Positions 38,294 to 51,199 of a DNA stretch of 64,000 nt are shown here, piece by piece; position 1 is the stretch's first letter, and the number at the start of each line of letters is the position of its first letter. The DNA is from Octopus bimaculoides (lineage: Eukaryota). The translations under genes were made by a program, and so were the position numbers. Below the pieces are notes generated by a model. It ran no database searches and was not told the DNA's origin. It saw only the letters and a list, made by a program, of their open reading frames with translations. The stretch covers positions 106,215,047 through 106,279,046 of the forward strand of contig NC_068981.1 of assembly GCF_001194135.2 (NCBI RefSeq). The letters are read 5' to 3'.

Positions 38294-39880
38294 CTAGCAG
38301 CTAAGCCTGGTTTCAGCCGGTCAGAGAACGACGCGAAGAGAGAAATGAAGACATAAAAAAGAAGAAGAAGTGGATACGAAGTGGTGTTTGGGCGACGAAT
38401 CTTGGTAGAAAAAAAAGAATGTCATGGTGAGTTAGTAAGGAGAGCAAAGCAAGATTGGACTTACGTGGGCTGGCAGGACGATGAAAAAATTGCGGAGTTG
38501 AAATTGGAGCAGTTGAAGTTGCCATTGTTATCATTGGAGTGCCTCTTGGTAGACAACATTCTTTGTCCTTCCCTCAGGTGCACAAATAGAAAGACCATGG
38601 GGACAGCCNNNNNNNNNNNNNNNNNNNNNNNNNNNNNNNNNNNNNNNNNNNNNNNNNNNNNNNNNNNNNNNNNNNNNNNNNNNNNNNNNNNNNNNNNNNN
38701 NNNNNNNNNNNNNNNNNNNNNNNNNNNNNNNNNNNNNNNNNNNNNNNNNNNNNNNNNNNNNNNNNNNNNNNNNNNNNNNNNNNNNNNNNNNNNNNNNNNN
38801 NNNNNNNNNNNNNNNNNNNNNNNNNNNNNNNNNNNNNNNNNNNNNNNNNNNNNNNNNNNNNNNNNNNNNNNNNNNNNNNNNNNNNNNNNNNNNNNNNNNN
38901 NNNNNNNNNNNNNNNNNNNNNNNNNNNNNNNNNNNNNNNNNNNNNNNNNNNNNNNNNNNNNNNNNNNNNNNNNNNNNNNNNNNNNNNNNNNNNNNNNNNN
39001 NNNNNNNNNNNNNNNNNNNNNNNNNNNNNNNNNNNNNNNNNNNNNNNNNNNNNNNNNNNNNNNNNNNNNNNNNNNNNNNNNNNNNNNNNNNNNNNNNNNN
39101 NNNNNNNNNNNNNNNNNNNNNNNNNNNNNNNNNNNNNNNNNNNNNNNNNNNNNNNNNNNNNNNNNNNNNNNNNNNNNNNNNNNNNNNNNNNNNNNNNNNN
39201 NNNNNNNNNNNNNNNNNNNNNNNNNNNNNNNNNNNNNNNNNNNNNNNNNNNNNNNNNNNNNNNNNNNNNNNNNNNNNNNNNTATCCAAGGGAAGCCAAAC
39301 CGCGAAAAAGGTTGAGAAATGCTGATTTATAACGATGGTTTTTATTTAGGCACATCGTAAAAGTAATTATAATGAAAGTATGTTTTTTCAAGCAAATATA
39401 GTTAGAAAAAATATTTACCATTTCAAGTCATCACTAAAAACAAAGCTCATCAATTTTTGAATGAAATAATAATTTTATTCTTTTTTTCTAAGTTGTAAAT
39501 TTTGCATGAGAAATAAAGCAAATAATCACCAAATGCATTGTTAAAAATCTGTAACTTGATAGCAAATATATCTAAATTGATTAGAAATGCATAAATTTAA
39601 TAATAACAATGTTTTTGAGATTCCGGTTCGAATGACATGAGTGTTTTTGTTTCACTTTTGACACGTAATACTTAAATAGTGGAGGAGATATGATGTTGGT
39701 GTGGGTTGGAAGTATGCAAGAAGTTAAAATTTTTTTTGACTAAAACACAACCGGTACCCTAAGTAAGGCATGTGTAAAAATTTGAATGAAATTGGTTGTG
39801 TAGTTCTGGAGTTTTTGGGATTCACACAGACACACACACACACACACAGACATACATTCTCAATTTTATATATATATAGA
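38294..39880 (-). mobile_element. Non-autonomous Helitron spanning a gap
   Basis: On the minus strand: A|TCTATATATATATAAAATTGAG 5' end, (GT)n, and a GC-rich subterminal hairpin (accggctgaaaccagg) before CTAG|T at 38297-38293. Confidence 0.7.
38609..39281. other. Largest assembly gap
   Basis: N run. Other N runs lie near 14099, 24021, 28087, 31629, 36595, 40008, 43714, 47847, 52137, 54796 and 55815, mostly flanked by (TA)n, (GA)n or (C)n. ORFs crossing them are artefacts. Confidence 1.
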
Positions 39881-39889
39881 TATATATAA

Positions 39890-41005
39890 ACTTACTTGGA
39901 AATGGATGTGTGACGTTCAATTAAATAATAATATAAATAATATATATACATACATAAATACATATATATATATATGTGTATGTATGTATATATATATATA
40001 TATATATNNNNNNNNNNNNNNNNNNNNNNNNNNNNNNNNNNNNNNNNNNNNNNNNNNNNNNNNNNNNNNNNNNNNNNNNNNNNNNNNNNNNNNNNNNNNN
40101 NNNNNNNNNNNNNNNNNNNNNNNNNNNNNNNNNNNNNNNNNNNNNNNNNNNNNNNNNNNNNNNNNNNNNNNNNNNNNNNNNNNNNNNNNNNNNNNNNNNN
40201 NNNNNNNNNNNNNNNNNNNNNNNNNNNNNNNNNNNNNNNNNNNNNNNNNNNNNNNNNNNNNNNNNNNNNNNNNNNNNNNNNNNNNNNNNNNNNNNNNNNN
40301 NNNNNNNNNNNNNNNNNNNNNNNNNNNNNNNCATATATGGGTACTGGACATTACCAACTGTAAACAACATGAACTACGAAAACAAATGAGTTAAATACAC
40401 AAACAATGAGAGAAAAAATGGAAAACAGGACAAGTAACACAAAGAACGATGCTTCATCAGTTTTCGGCTGACTATCTACTCCTCATTTCGAGCATTCAAT
40501 GACAATATGAGTCTTCAAAGACAGTTACTCCCATAACTTCCAAAACAAAATTTGGGATTCATGGAGGATCAAAGTGGGGAACAAAAACAGGACAGTGGAG
40601 ACATATAAGGAAACTGGACAAAAACAAACATGGAGGGTCTCATTAGACCAGAACGAGGGAAAAATTGTGAACACTGGGAGAAATATTCTCTTTGAAAAGA
40701 GGAAAGATTGATGAGAGAGGTTGAAGAGGTCCAGTCCTGATGACATTGTGCGGGAAAAGAAGGATGGTCGATGGTAACATGTGAGCAATAAGAGAGAGAA
40801 AAAGAGAAAGAGGGAAGAGAGAGAGAAAAAGAGAAAGAGGGAAGAGAGAGAGATAGAAAGAAAGTGGTGAAGGGGAGAAAAGAGGAAGTAGAGAAGGATT
40901 GGGGAGAAAAACAGTACAGAGTAGTGTTGTATCAAAAAGGTTAAGATAAAATTACTTGGAAATGGATGCATGGCATTCAATTAAATAATAACATAAATAA
41001 TATAT
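39890..41005 (-). mobile_element. Penelope-type terminal-region repeat (same family as 24255-24790)
   Basis: Shared aacacaaagaacga..cttcatcagtt..ggctg.ctatctactc block; ttacttggaaatggatg...ttcaattaaataataa is repeated at ~39895 and ~40952. Confidence 0.6.
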
Positions 41006-41039
41006 ATATATATATATATACATATATATAGGAGGAGAA

Positions 41040-42015
41040 TTCACAATAAAACAAAAGACAAAGACAGGTGGTGTAGAAAACAAACAGATGTATTAGTATA
41101 ACGCTCGGGAAGTGAAAAAGTCTTTAACGTTTTGAACCTACGCTCTTCCACAGAAAGGAACACAGAGAGAAACAAGGAGAGGAAAAAAAGAATGTGTAGT
41201 GGCTAGCAATCTATCATGGTGAATGCTGGACAGAAGGGTCACACAGGAGAAGTAGGAAGAAGGAGAGATAATAAAGTAGTAGTGATCCCAAAACGAAGGT
41301 GCGCGTGCATGTGTGTAAGAGAGTTTGTATGTGCGTGTGAAAGAGGGCTGGTGATCTTCATGTGTGTGTAGGTGTGAAAATGTGGGGCTGGGAATTGGAC
41401 AGTGCTGGTGTGTGCATGGTGGTGTGTTGTGATGTGAAGTGCTGTGTAGTATGGTGTAGTGGCGTGGTGTGATGGTGTTGGGAGGTGGGGGAGGTGAGAG
41501 TGGGGAAAGCAAGGGTGGGATATGGGTTAGGCTGAGGGTGGGGGTAGAGGTGGGGTATGTGGGTAGGCAGAAGGTGGGATATGTGGGAGTGGGTGTAAGG
41601 GATGGGGTGGGATGGGATGTGAAGGATAGGGAAGAAGGGGTTGGAATGTGTAGGGGTAGGGGTGGGCTTACGAAGAGAAGGTGGGTAGGAGAGAAAAGAG
41701 AGTAGGAGTGAAGAGAAGTAGGAGTCAGAGCAAGAGAGGAGAGGTGGGTGGGAGGAAGTATGTGTGAGGGGTAGAGAGGTGAGGGAAGGAGGTTAGATGA
41801 AGAGGGGAGGAGAGTTGAGCCCATGTGACGCAAAGGAATTAAGAGAGAAGATTAATCCCTGTTCACGGCGCAAATGGGAGTCTGGATGGCCCCTGTGCAA
41901 GGACAATCCAAACATGGACAGGTGCTGCAAAGAATGACCACTAGAGTGGAAATGGCATGAGACTGGGGTTTCATTGCTGAGTCGGATGTCTCGGAGGTGT
42001 TCTCTATGACATAAT
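41040..42015 (-). mobile_element. Penelope-like element 3' end: GIY-YIG C-terminus, purine/pyrimidine-skewed spacer, hammerhead relic
   Basis: REHLRDIRLSNETPVSCHFHSSGHSLQHLSMFGL...REQGLIFSLNSFASHGLN is the typical PLE endonuclease C-terminus. Confidence 0.85.
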
Positions 42016-42260
42016 CTATGACATGAGCCACCCATTTCTCCACAAGGAGTATGCCTACACCCCCTACGTCATCCATGTTACCTTGCCAGAAGACTTTATA
42101 CCTATGTGCCTTGCCTGTGAGGACCCTAGCTGAAGCTCATCTCCATCTTACCTCTTGTATGGAGCATACATCAACCCGTCTCCTTTCAAGCATCTTTACA
42201 ATCTTACTAGACCTACCATTCACTGTGCCAACATTGACAGTGCCAACTCTGAAAACTGGG
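42015..42260 (-). mobile_element. RTE LINE AP-endonuclease N-terminal fragment
   Basis: RVGTVNVGTVNGRSSKIVKMLERRRVDVCSIQEVRWR*ASARVLTGKAHRYKVFWQGNMDDVGGVGILLVEKWV. Confidence 0.9.
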
Positions 42261-43191
42261 AAGGGAATGTGGGGTGGGGCTTGGGGAAGAGAGATGTTAT
42301 CCAGTGCCTGAAAAGAAGAGGGAGGTTGTCGTGTTCATTTTTTAGGCATGCTTCATCTGTTCTCTCTTCCAGCCTGACAACATTCAAACATTCAAGCATG
42401 TTAAAATTGTTGCCGGTGTTAGCGGCGTTGTAAGCATAAGCATTATAGTCTTCGAATGATGTAAATTTAAGCGGTGTAGCAAAATATGGATATTCCAATG
42501 TTAGATTAGGAGGGAGTCAGCTAAAACTGGTTGCGTTTGTCCAGGAAGAAGGGGATTGCAGGTATGATGGAGGGTACCACCAGCAGGGTAGGATTCAGAC
42601 AGAGAGAGGAAACAAGCTCATCCCTACATACACACAAGTGTGCCCACACACAGGAACAAGCACACATAGACAGCTGAATAGCTTTCTCCTTCACTTGATA
42701 AGGCCAAGGAAAATTCCTGGGTGGTTGTTGTCATGTTTCTAGACAGAATGAAAATGAAACGAAAGATGGCTGGTTAAGTAGGTGGGCAGATAACCTGGTT
42801 GTGTTTGTCCCAGTTGAGAGATAGAGAAAGAGAGGGAGAGAGATAGAGAAAAAGAGAGTGCAGGTAATATAGGGAACAGCACCAGTGAGGAGGAGGAATT
42901 GGGAGAAGAGACATCTGGTAATGGTGGTGACAAATTTCTAGACAGAAGGAAATGAAAGATACCCAGTTAAATAGGTGGGTGGATGAGCAGCTGGGCTGGT
43001 TGCTTTTGTCCCAGAAGAGAGAGAAAGAGTGCAGGTAATATATAGAGAACAGCCCAGTGAGGTGTGGTTGGGAGAATACACAACAGGTAATGGTGGTGGG
43101 AGGGGAGATATCCAGTGTAGATGGTGGGAAGATAGAGATATGCGGTATTGGTGGTGCAGCAGGAAAGGGTGGGCACACTGCAAACAAGCAA

Positions 43192-43713
43192 AGTTTAGTT
43201 TGGGGACATAGTAAGAGGGTCGAAAATAATGGTAACAATAATGAAATTAAACAGACCAAGAAATGAGTAATTTTCTTAACGAAATTACATGGGAGGTAAA
43301 ATTATATTTTTGAGGGGACATTTTCAATGGTTAGCTCATGAAAACTAGCTGTTAGTAAGTAATACATTTAAAGTGTTAAAGGCGAATGAATGTACAAAAG
43401 ATCGAAAAAAATAGAAAATCTTAGCTTAGCATGGCAACATCGTTTGGCGAAGGAATGGAATGAAAGGGAAACACATGAGACGAAAGTTTTTAAATAGATA
43501 AACTGCAACAGAAAACGAGTTTAGTTTGGGGACATAGTAAGAGGGACGAAAATAATGGTAACAATAATGAAATTAAACAGACTGGGAAGCAAGTAATTAT
43601 CTTAACGAAATTATATGAGAGGTAAAATTATATTTTTGAGGGGACATTTTCAATGGTTAGCTCATGAAAACTAGCTGTTAGTAAGTAATACATTTAAAGT
43701 GTTAAAGGCGAAT
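43192..43713. repeat. Direct repeat of ~196 bp (43192-43387 and 43518-43713), period 326
   Basis: agtttagtttggggacatagtaagaggg ... aagtgttaaaggcgaat occurs twice at high identity; the second copy abuts a gap. A weaker duplication lies at 42740-43060. Confidence 0.9.
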
Positions 43714-44354
43714 NNNNNNNNNNNNNNNNNNNNNNNNNNNNNNNNNNNNNNNNNNNNNNNNNNNNNNNNNNNNNNNNNNNNNNNNNNNNNNNNNNNNNTA
43801 TATATATATATATATATATGTATACACATATACATAGATACATAGATACATATATACATACACACACATATATATATATATATATATATGTTTGTATGTA
43901 AGACAGGTAGTTAGATAGGCAAACTGATAGATATAGCTTTATTTGTACCCACATATTTACATATATATACTTATATGTGTGAATATATGTATGTATAAAT
44001 ATGTGTGTATATATGTATGTATAAATATATGTGTGTATGTGAGAGAGTAGCAGTAGTAGTAACTCTAATGAAATGGAAGAATAAAGCCTACAACTGAGTC
44101 ATGTATGTCTAAAAATTGATGGTCATTTAGAAAATGTGACTGTAATATCTATATGTGCAAGTATGAAGATGGTTCATTTGTGTAAATGAATAAGCTTATG
44201 TACATAAATTATATATACATGATTATGTGGAAGTATATGAATGTATGTAAGTTTTACTCTTATATATTAGCATTAATGTAGAGATGAGCGATAAGAAGGT
44301 GTAGATATTTGCATATATGTGTATGTTGATATGCGCTATATTATATGTAGGTGT

Positions 44355-44545
44355 AAGGCCAGCACACTGGGCAAAATGCTTAGTGGCATTTTGTCTGTCT
44401 TTACATTTTGAGTTCAAATTCTGCTGGGCTCAACTTTGTCTTGTAGCCTTTTACGGTCAATAAAATAAGTACCAAATTTTTTGAACACTGGGGTTGCCCC
44501 TCCTATGAAATTGCTGGCCTTGTGCCAAAATTTGAAACCAATGTT
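44355..44545 (+). mobile_element. SINE family A
   Basis: gcacactgggcaaaatgcttagtggcattttgtctg...gtgccaaaatttgaaaccaat. Confidence 0.8.
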
Positions 44546-44609
44546 ATATATGGGTGCGTATACATAAATGTATATAAGAATATAATTTATATTTGCTTAT
44601 ACAGATATA

Positions 44610-46103
44610 CACTGCATGTCAAATTATTAGGCAACTCTGTTTTTCAAAATAACAGAGTATCTATTAGTTTGAATCCAGATATTTTTTCACTGAATGATGG
44701 CAACATCTGCCTACGTATACTGCAGTAAAATAAATTGGATCCACACAGGTGTAAACAAATGGCAGCCCTTTTCATGAAACAGCAACAAATTTACTGTCTT
44801 AAATTATTAGTTAAGTACCCAATAAAAGTGCTATTATGGGTCAAAAACGTGAAATAAGTCCACCATCGTCTCAGAGTTTGGAAAAACAAAAATGACATTG
44901 GAAATATCAAAGATCCTGGGAAGAGATCATCGAACTGTGAAGAAATTTGTGAAGTCTTCTGCTGTCCATTCAAGGGCTGACAAGGGTAAATCAAGGGTTG
45001 TTTCCAGGCGTACCCTGTCACGTATAACGAGGGAAGTTGCAAAGAACACGTGTCTAACTAGTTGAGAGAGTGTTTAAACTTTGTGGTAGGGAAGACATTT
45101 CAAAATCTATCAGGTGTCTCCTTCTGAAGCAGGTAGCCAAAAACGTAAAACCTGTTACAAGGTTCCCTCTGAAGGCTGTTCATAAACAAAATAGAGTCAA
45201 ATGGGCAGAAGACTACATGAAGATAGATTTTTCAAAAGTCCTCTTTCCTGACGAATGCTATGCTACCCTAGATGGACCAGATGGGTGGAGTGAAGGATGG
45301 GTTGCAATTAGCGAAATCATCCTCATTGTTTGGGATGCTAACAAAGGGGAGACAGAATCATGATTTGCGCTGGCATCATTGGAGACAAGTTGGTTGTAGA
45401 AGCAGAAAGTTTCGTTAAAGAGAACACTGATATTCATGCAAGATAATGTACCCTCCCATGCAGCTAAGAAATCTCTGGAATACCTACAGCAATTAGGCTT
45501 CTCTGGACACCGTTTGATGAAGCGACCCGTGTGTTCACCCGAAACCCAATTCAAAATCTATGGAGTGTTCTGAAGAGGAAGATATATCAATATGGACGGT
45601 AGTTTTTAATGAAAGATCTGCTCTGGGAAGCTATTGTGGATGTTGCTGACAGTATTACACCAGATGAAATAGTTACCTTAACAAATTCAATGGATAAACG
45701 TGTCAGGGATGTTCTCTCATGTGGAGATCATACATCGATCATTAAAAACTTTATGACATCATATTTCTTGTAATATTTCCATTCAAACATATTATTATGT
45801 TCCTTATAAAGTCTGTTATGATTATATTTGTTGTTCAAAATTAATTGTCGCATTAAATAAATGCTTGTTTTTGCATAATTAGCATTTCTATTAGACCTAC
45901 CTTATAATTTAGGACAGTAAAAAATGATGCCTATTAACAAAAATGGCTGTTGTTTCTTTATATATGGGTGGATCAGATTTATTTTGGTTCAGTACATCCA
46001 GACTGGTGTTATCATCATGCGGTGGGAAAATATCTGGATTTGAACAGATAAATACTCTGTAATTGCGAAAAAACTGAGCTGCCTAATAATTTGACATGTA
46101 GTG
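44610..46103 (+). mobile_element. Tc1-family transposon with long (~200-bp) TIRs, decayed
   Basis: TA|CACTGCATGTCAAATTATTAGGCA ... TGCCTAATAATTTGACATGTAGTG|TA; FSKVLFPDECYATLDGPDGW, MQDNVPSHAA and NPIQNLWSVLKR remnants. Confidence 0.92.
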
Positions 46104-46394
46104 TACGTGTATAGGTGTGTATACATACTTATGGGTATATTTGCATGTCTATCAATATGTGTGTGTGTGTGTGTGTGTAAAACTGCTCATTTTTCCATGC
46201 TTGCATGGGTCAGATGGAATTTGCTGAGGCAGTTTTGCTATGACCTGATGCCCTTCCTGTTGTCAAACCTTCTAGTTCTGGGTAAGGTTATACTATTATA
46301 TGGTGTCAAACCAGAGAGACACAAACACATTCATACCTCCACATACATACACACATATATATGGCTGCCAACAACCCAGATATACCACCTTAAT

Positions 46395-46590
46395 ATTGGT
46401 TTCAAATATGCCATCAATTTCAAAGGATGGGGCTAAGTCAGTTACATCGACCCCAGTGTTTTGTCGACTGTGAAAGGATTAAAGGCAAAGTTGACCTTGG
46501 TAGAATTTGAACTCAGAATGTAAAGACAGATGAAATGCCACTAAGTATTTTGTCTGGCGTGCTAATGATTCTACCAGCTCACTGCCTTAA
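46395..46590 (-). mobile_element. SINE family A with 13-bp target-site duplication
   Basis: ataccaccttaat at 46382-46394 and 46591-46603. Confidence 0.85.
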
Positions 46591-46715
46591 ATACCACCTT
46601 AATGCCGACTGTCCTATAACCAAGGGTAGGATACCTAAGCACCAATGCCTCTGCAGACCACAGGCTGACTTTCCAACCTTTGCATGTTCTGTAACCTCCT
46701 ACAATCATCTTCATA

Positions 46716-46935
46716 TATGAGAGAGTGCTGAAAAGATTCTGGTTTTGGGTAAAAGAAAATACAGGAGAATGAGTTAATTATGATTTTATTCAACATGTTC
46801 TCCTCTGAAATTCACTCACTAGTTGCAGTGGTCCTTCAATTTACTAAGCCCTGTAAAAGAACTCAGAAGGTTGAACCTCCAGCCAGGCCTTTCGCAATAC
46901 CCTTAAAGCCAGGAACTTTTTAGCACCCCCTCATA
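46716..46935. mobile_element. mariner-derived MITE
   Basis: tatgagagagtgctgaaaag ... ctttttagcaccccctcata TIRs with TA ends; the interior resembles a mariner transposase 3' end. Confidence 0.8.
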
Positions 46936-47382
46936 CATAGATGTGTGTGCACGCATGCACACTCATACACACACACACACACATACACACACAACTCTAT
47001 GTATGTATGTATGCATGTATGCTCTTCTCTTTCTTTCTCTCCCTAATACTACCAAATCTTAATCCAACTCCAAGTCTTGTTAACCCTGCTCCATGCCGTG
47101 AATGACTCTGTTGTCCCTGTATTAGCATTCACTGGTTGGGCTCATATACACACAAATATCTGCGTAGACACATATACACACACCAGATGTTGCATGGATG
47201 TATATACACTCATCCAGATAAACATGAACACATTAATACATAGACATATACATTCAGAAATGTACATACTCATGTTCACCAAACATTCATATGCACACAC
47301 ACACATCCATAAATGCATTCCAAATATGCATGTACACACATGCACATATAACAGACACAAATGTACACATATTTGCATGCAT

Positions 47383-47417
<35 letters not shown>

Positions 47418-47800
47418 AGTGTTGGCCATCAATTCAATGTTGCTCAAATAACTTTGAAGACTATCCAGACAGCAAGACACCATCAACTTCCTGTCCAGCT
47501 ATGTGATTCAAGAAATTCTTGATGGATTTGATGTCACTGAAATCTCAATTCCATTTCTAATAGTAATATGTGGCACACCTTGATCAATGGCAGCCCATTT
47601 TTCAGTAGTCATTTGGCATCTCTCCATATTGAGCATTTAACACCACTCATTGTAATTTTTGTTAAACATTGAAGAGGCAAATCAACAAAATTTTGTATTG
47701 TTTCAACAAGCAGTAATTTTCCAAAAATATGTTTTATAATGCATAAAATACCATATATGTTTTCTATACTTTATTTAATATATGTGTGTGTGTATGTGTC

Positions 47801-47835
<35 letters not shown>

Positions 47836-48714
47836 AAGAGAGAGAGNNNNNNNNNNNNNNNNNNNNNNNNNNNNNNNNNNNNNNNNNNNNNNNNNNNNNN
47901 NNNNNNNNNNNNNNNNNNNNNNNNNNNNNNNNNNNNNNNNNNNGTGTGTGTGTGTGTTTGTGTGTGTAAAATGGTCCTGCTCATTATGTAGGTAGAAATC
48001 CCTTATGGTGTACTGAGTAAAAGCTATGGATACACATGAGGTGCAGAAAAATTAGCCTTTGCACATGGCAAATGTGCAAGAACAATAAACACTAAGTACA
48101 TGCTAGGAATAAATTCTCTTAAATTCCCAGGAGTTTTTCTAGATGTAGTAGATAACTTCTGTTGCCTAGTTGACCAAATTAGCAGTGGAGGAGGATGTTA
48201 TAAAGTATGGTTGGTAGAATATGAATAGGATGGAGAAAATTCACAGAATTATTACCTCTGTAGTAGAAATATTCAGCAGTCAGATCACTACACCTGATGT
48301 CATGATTTAATAGACCCATATGATAAAAGCCAATCATGGCTTTATGTGGAATAGGCTCCAGCAATGATTTCATCTTACTGAGCCTAACCATCAGTATAAA
48401 TTCAGCACACCTAGACTACTTGAGGGAGAGCTTGGAAAGAACATTGACAGACACCATAGGAGATGGCCAACAGAGATGATGAACAGCAGCTGACCTAAGC
48501 TGACAACAATCACAATGAACGATTGGTGATAGTAACACAATGACCAGCAGCTAACTTTTTGACAGCTACAACAATTATCCAAGAACAACAGCATTCAAAC
48601 TCTCTTGACGTTTTGTTGTTCCTAGTAATGACAACCTTTGCTTTTTGTTTACAGGAAGAATAAAATTTTTTGTCAAAAATCTCAACAGATTCAGAGTTCT
48701 TCTTCATACACCTC

Positions 48715-50100
48715 TGAAAAGCAGATTGTACAATACTTGTGTACAAATAGCAAGGGTTCATTATAGTGTGTCATGGGTCCTGAATGCAGGGGATATGCAA
48801 ACACTAGAAAAGAATGAAGCTAGTATATTCTGATGGATGTATAACATCAGTGTGCATGTATGACAATGTGTAAATGGGTTGAGAGAAAAACTGAACATAA
48901 AAAGAATCTGAGAGAAAGCTGTGTTAGTGTGATTATGTGAAGTGCCTGGATGTTGACAGGTGTACAAAGAAGTGCTGATTAAGTGCTGATTGCTTAAAAT
49001 GTATGATAATTGTGGAAGAGAGAGATCCAGGAAGATATAGGATGAAGCAGTGAAGACTGATCTCAAGATGTTGAGCCTTACAGTGGAGATGATTGGCACT
49101 TTATGTTTGATAAGTCCCATCCATCATGATTAAAATAAGGTCCTAAAAGTATTAAGTTTGCATCTATATGCTCAGTGAGTCTTGCCTCTGCACCTAACCT
49201 GTCCCTTTCAAGCTTTCTCCACCTCTCATCTTTCTAACACCCCTCCCTCCATCACTCTTCTAACAATAGCACTATTCAGCTGTCGTAATCACATGACAGC
49301 AGAATCTGCGCATATCTTTTCCCCTTTGTGCTACTAGTTTCCTCCTCCTTTCCCTAAAAATACTTCCTTCCTTTAAGATCCCTCCCTCATTTTCAATATC
49401 ATCCCTTCCATTTTATTTTCCATAGTTCACCCTTTGCCCCTTCTTTAGGTATCTCTTCCTCACCTTTGAGCTACCTTTTAGGACTGTAACATTCTCTCAT
49501 ATCTGCCATCAACACTTACACTCCTCTTGGTCTCTCACTCTCTATAGCCACCACAACTCGCCTCTAACAGCCATCTTTATCCCTGTGCATCTCTCTCTCT
49601 TTTTCCCCACTTCACCAGCTTCCCCATCATTTCCCTATTTTCTACTCTATCTACAGATTTATTATACTGCTCCTCTTCACCCTTCCTCTATTACCTCTTA
49701 TCATCTACTCTTTCCTGAGCTATTTCTTTTACCTTCTCCCCGCCATACTGATATTTAGAATACATCTCTATTGTTGTACATCAGTCACTATATTAACCTC
49801 TACACTCCTCCCTTACACCCTGCCACTCTCCTTTCACACACCTATGAACTTATCTACTCACCCCTCTTCTTCCTCAGTTTGTATTGCCTCATATCCATCT
49901 TCTTGAACCTTGAGAGTATGCGCTGATGTCTTGTCTCCCACATCTGTTTCTTCTTTCTACCTACTCCCTCCTGCTCCTAAATAATGCAACATAACCATGT
50001 ATTTCCACTGTAGCAAGACACATGCCAGTTCCTCGAGCATGCTTTAACCTCTCAACACCTGGCATAAAGCCATCTCTCCCTCTACACTGTATTCAGAACA
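48715..50100 (+). mobile_element. RTE LINE 3' fragment with long pyrimidine-rich 3' region
   Basis: SRLYNTCVQ...SWVLNAGDMQTLEKNEASIF*W and GRERSRKI*DEAVK; the downstream C/T-rich tract is assigned to it by analogy only. Confidence 0.65.
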
Positions 50101-51199
50101 TACAATTTAACAATAAAAAGTTTTAATTTAATCAATTGAGTTTGTAGTCTCATACTTCTTACATATCATGAATAAACTGACTCCACAGTAGAAATAGTTC
50201 AGTTAAGTTTTATTTCATTGTAATTTAAAATTTCACATGAAACAAGATTTCTATATGCTTACGAGATAGCAATCTGTTGATTTTCAGTTGCTGATGAGCA
50301 ATTAAACTTGATCAGTAAAGAAATGCCTGCATGTTAATGCCAAAATGAAACCTGCAGTAGAACATAGAAATGTAATCAGTAAAATGTTTGATAGCGAACA
50401 GCAGATGTGTACATGCATAGAGAAAGCAGTAAAAGTGAGTAAATACTTTAATATGTCTGAATGTAAGTAAGGTGAATAAACATAATGTTCAGTTTGTAGT
50501 ATCAAAACAAGACAGAGTTCATTATGGGCAAAAATACATGCATGAGAAAATATTACATGAAATAAGCAGAAGGAATACATAAGAACAAAAATGTGTAACA
50601 AGCAATCATGCAGAAGTTGTAAAAGTGTTGTGAATGAGAAAGTGAGTTACTGTTATACTGTCCAACATAGTTCTGAATGTCAATGAGATAAAATGACAAT
50701 ATATGAATCATGTCTGCTCAAATAACATCAGACTAGCTTTCTTGGATACAGAGTTGTGTTCCTAGAGAAGAATGAAATTGTGCAACAAGTTGCTGATATG
50801 AACCGGGTAAAAATGTTGTTAAACATAATTTAGATCAGTATAGCTGCAGATCCGTTATAATCCATCCATCTTTCTAGGAAGCTTTCATTTAATCAATTGC
50901 ATACAGTGGCTACTCAGTGTGATGGCACAACATCTTGCATTAAAATCAGTTTTTGTTTGAAATCAAATCATATGACTTATGGCCATAAATATATGTATGT
51001 TTGCATAATGTCGTATTTAACATGTTCATGCACACTTGGACATGAGAAAACCTTCTGCTGCGAAAAAAATCCTAAAAGAAAATTTTTCCCTTAATTTACA
51101 AGTGTGATAACAAATTGTGCTGTGAATGATGTTATTGGATCACAGGATGCATTCATGCTTGTGTTCTTTTAAGAACATTGCTTTATTCAACACAACCTT

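Noticed and set aside
40440-40500. Possible permuted hammerhead (GAAA...CUGAUGA on the minus strand; also 24370-24420)
   Set aside because: No stem III complement and no convincing stem II in either copy.
50285-50315. CUGAUGA-gcaatt-AAAC motif
   Set aside because: G12 and the 3' strand of stem II are missing and there is no stem I; at best a relic.
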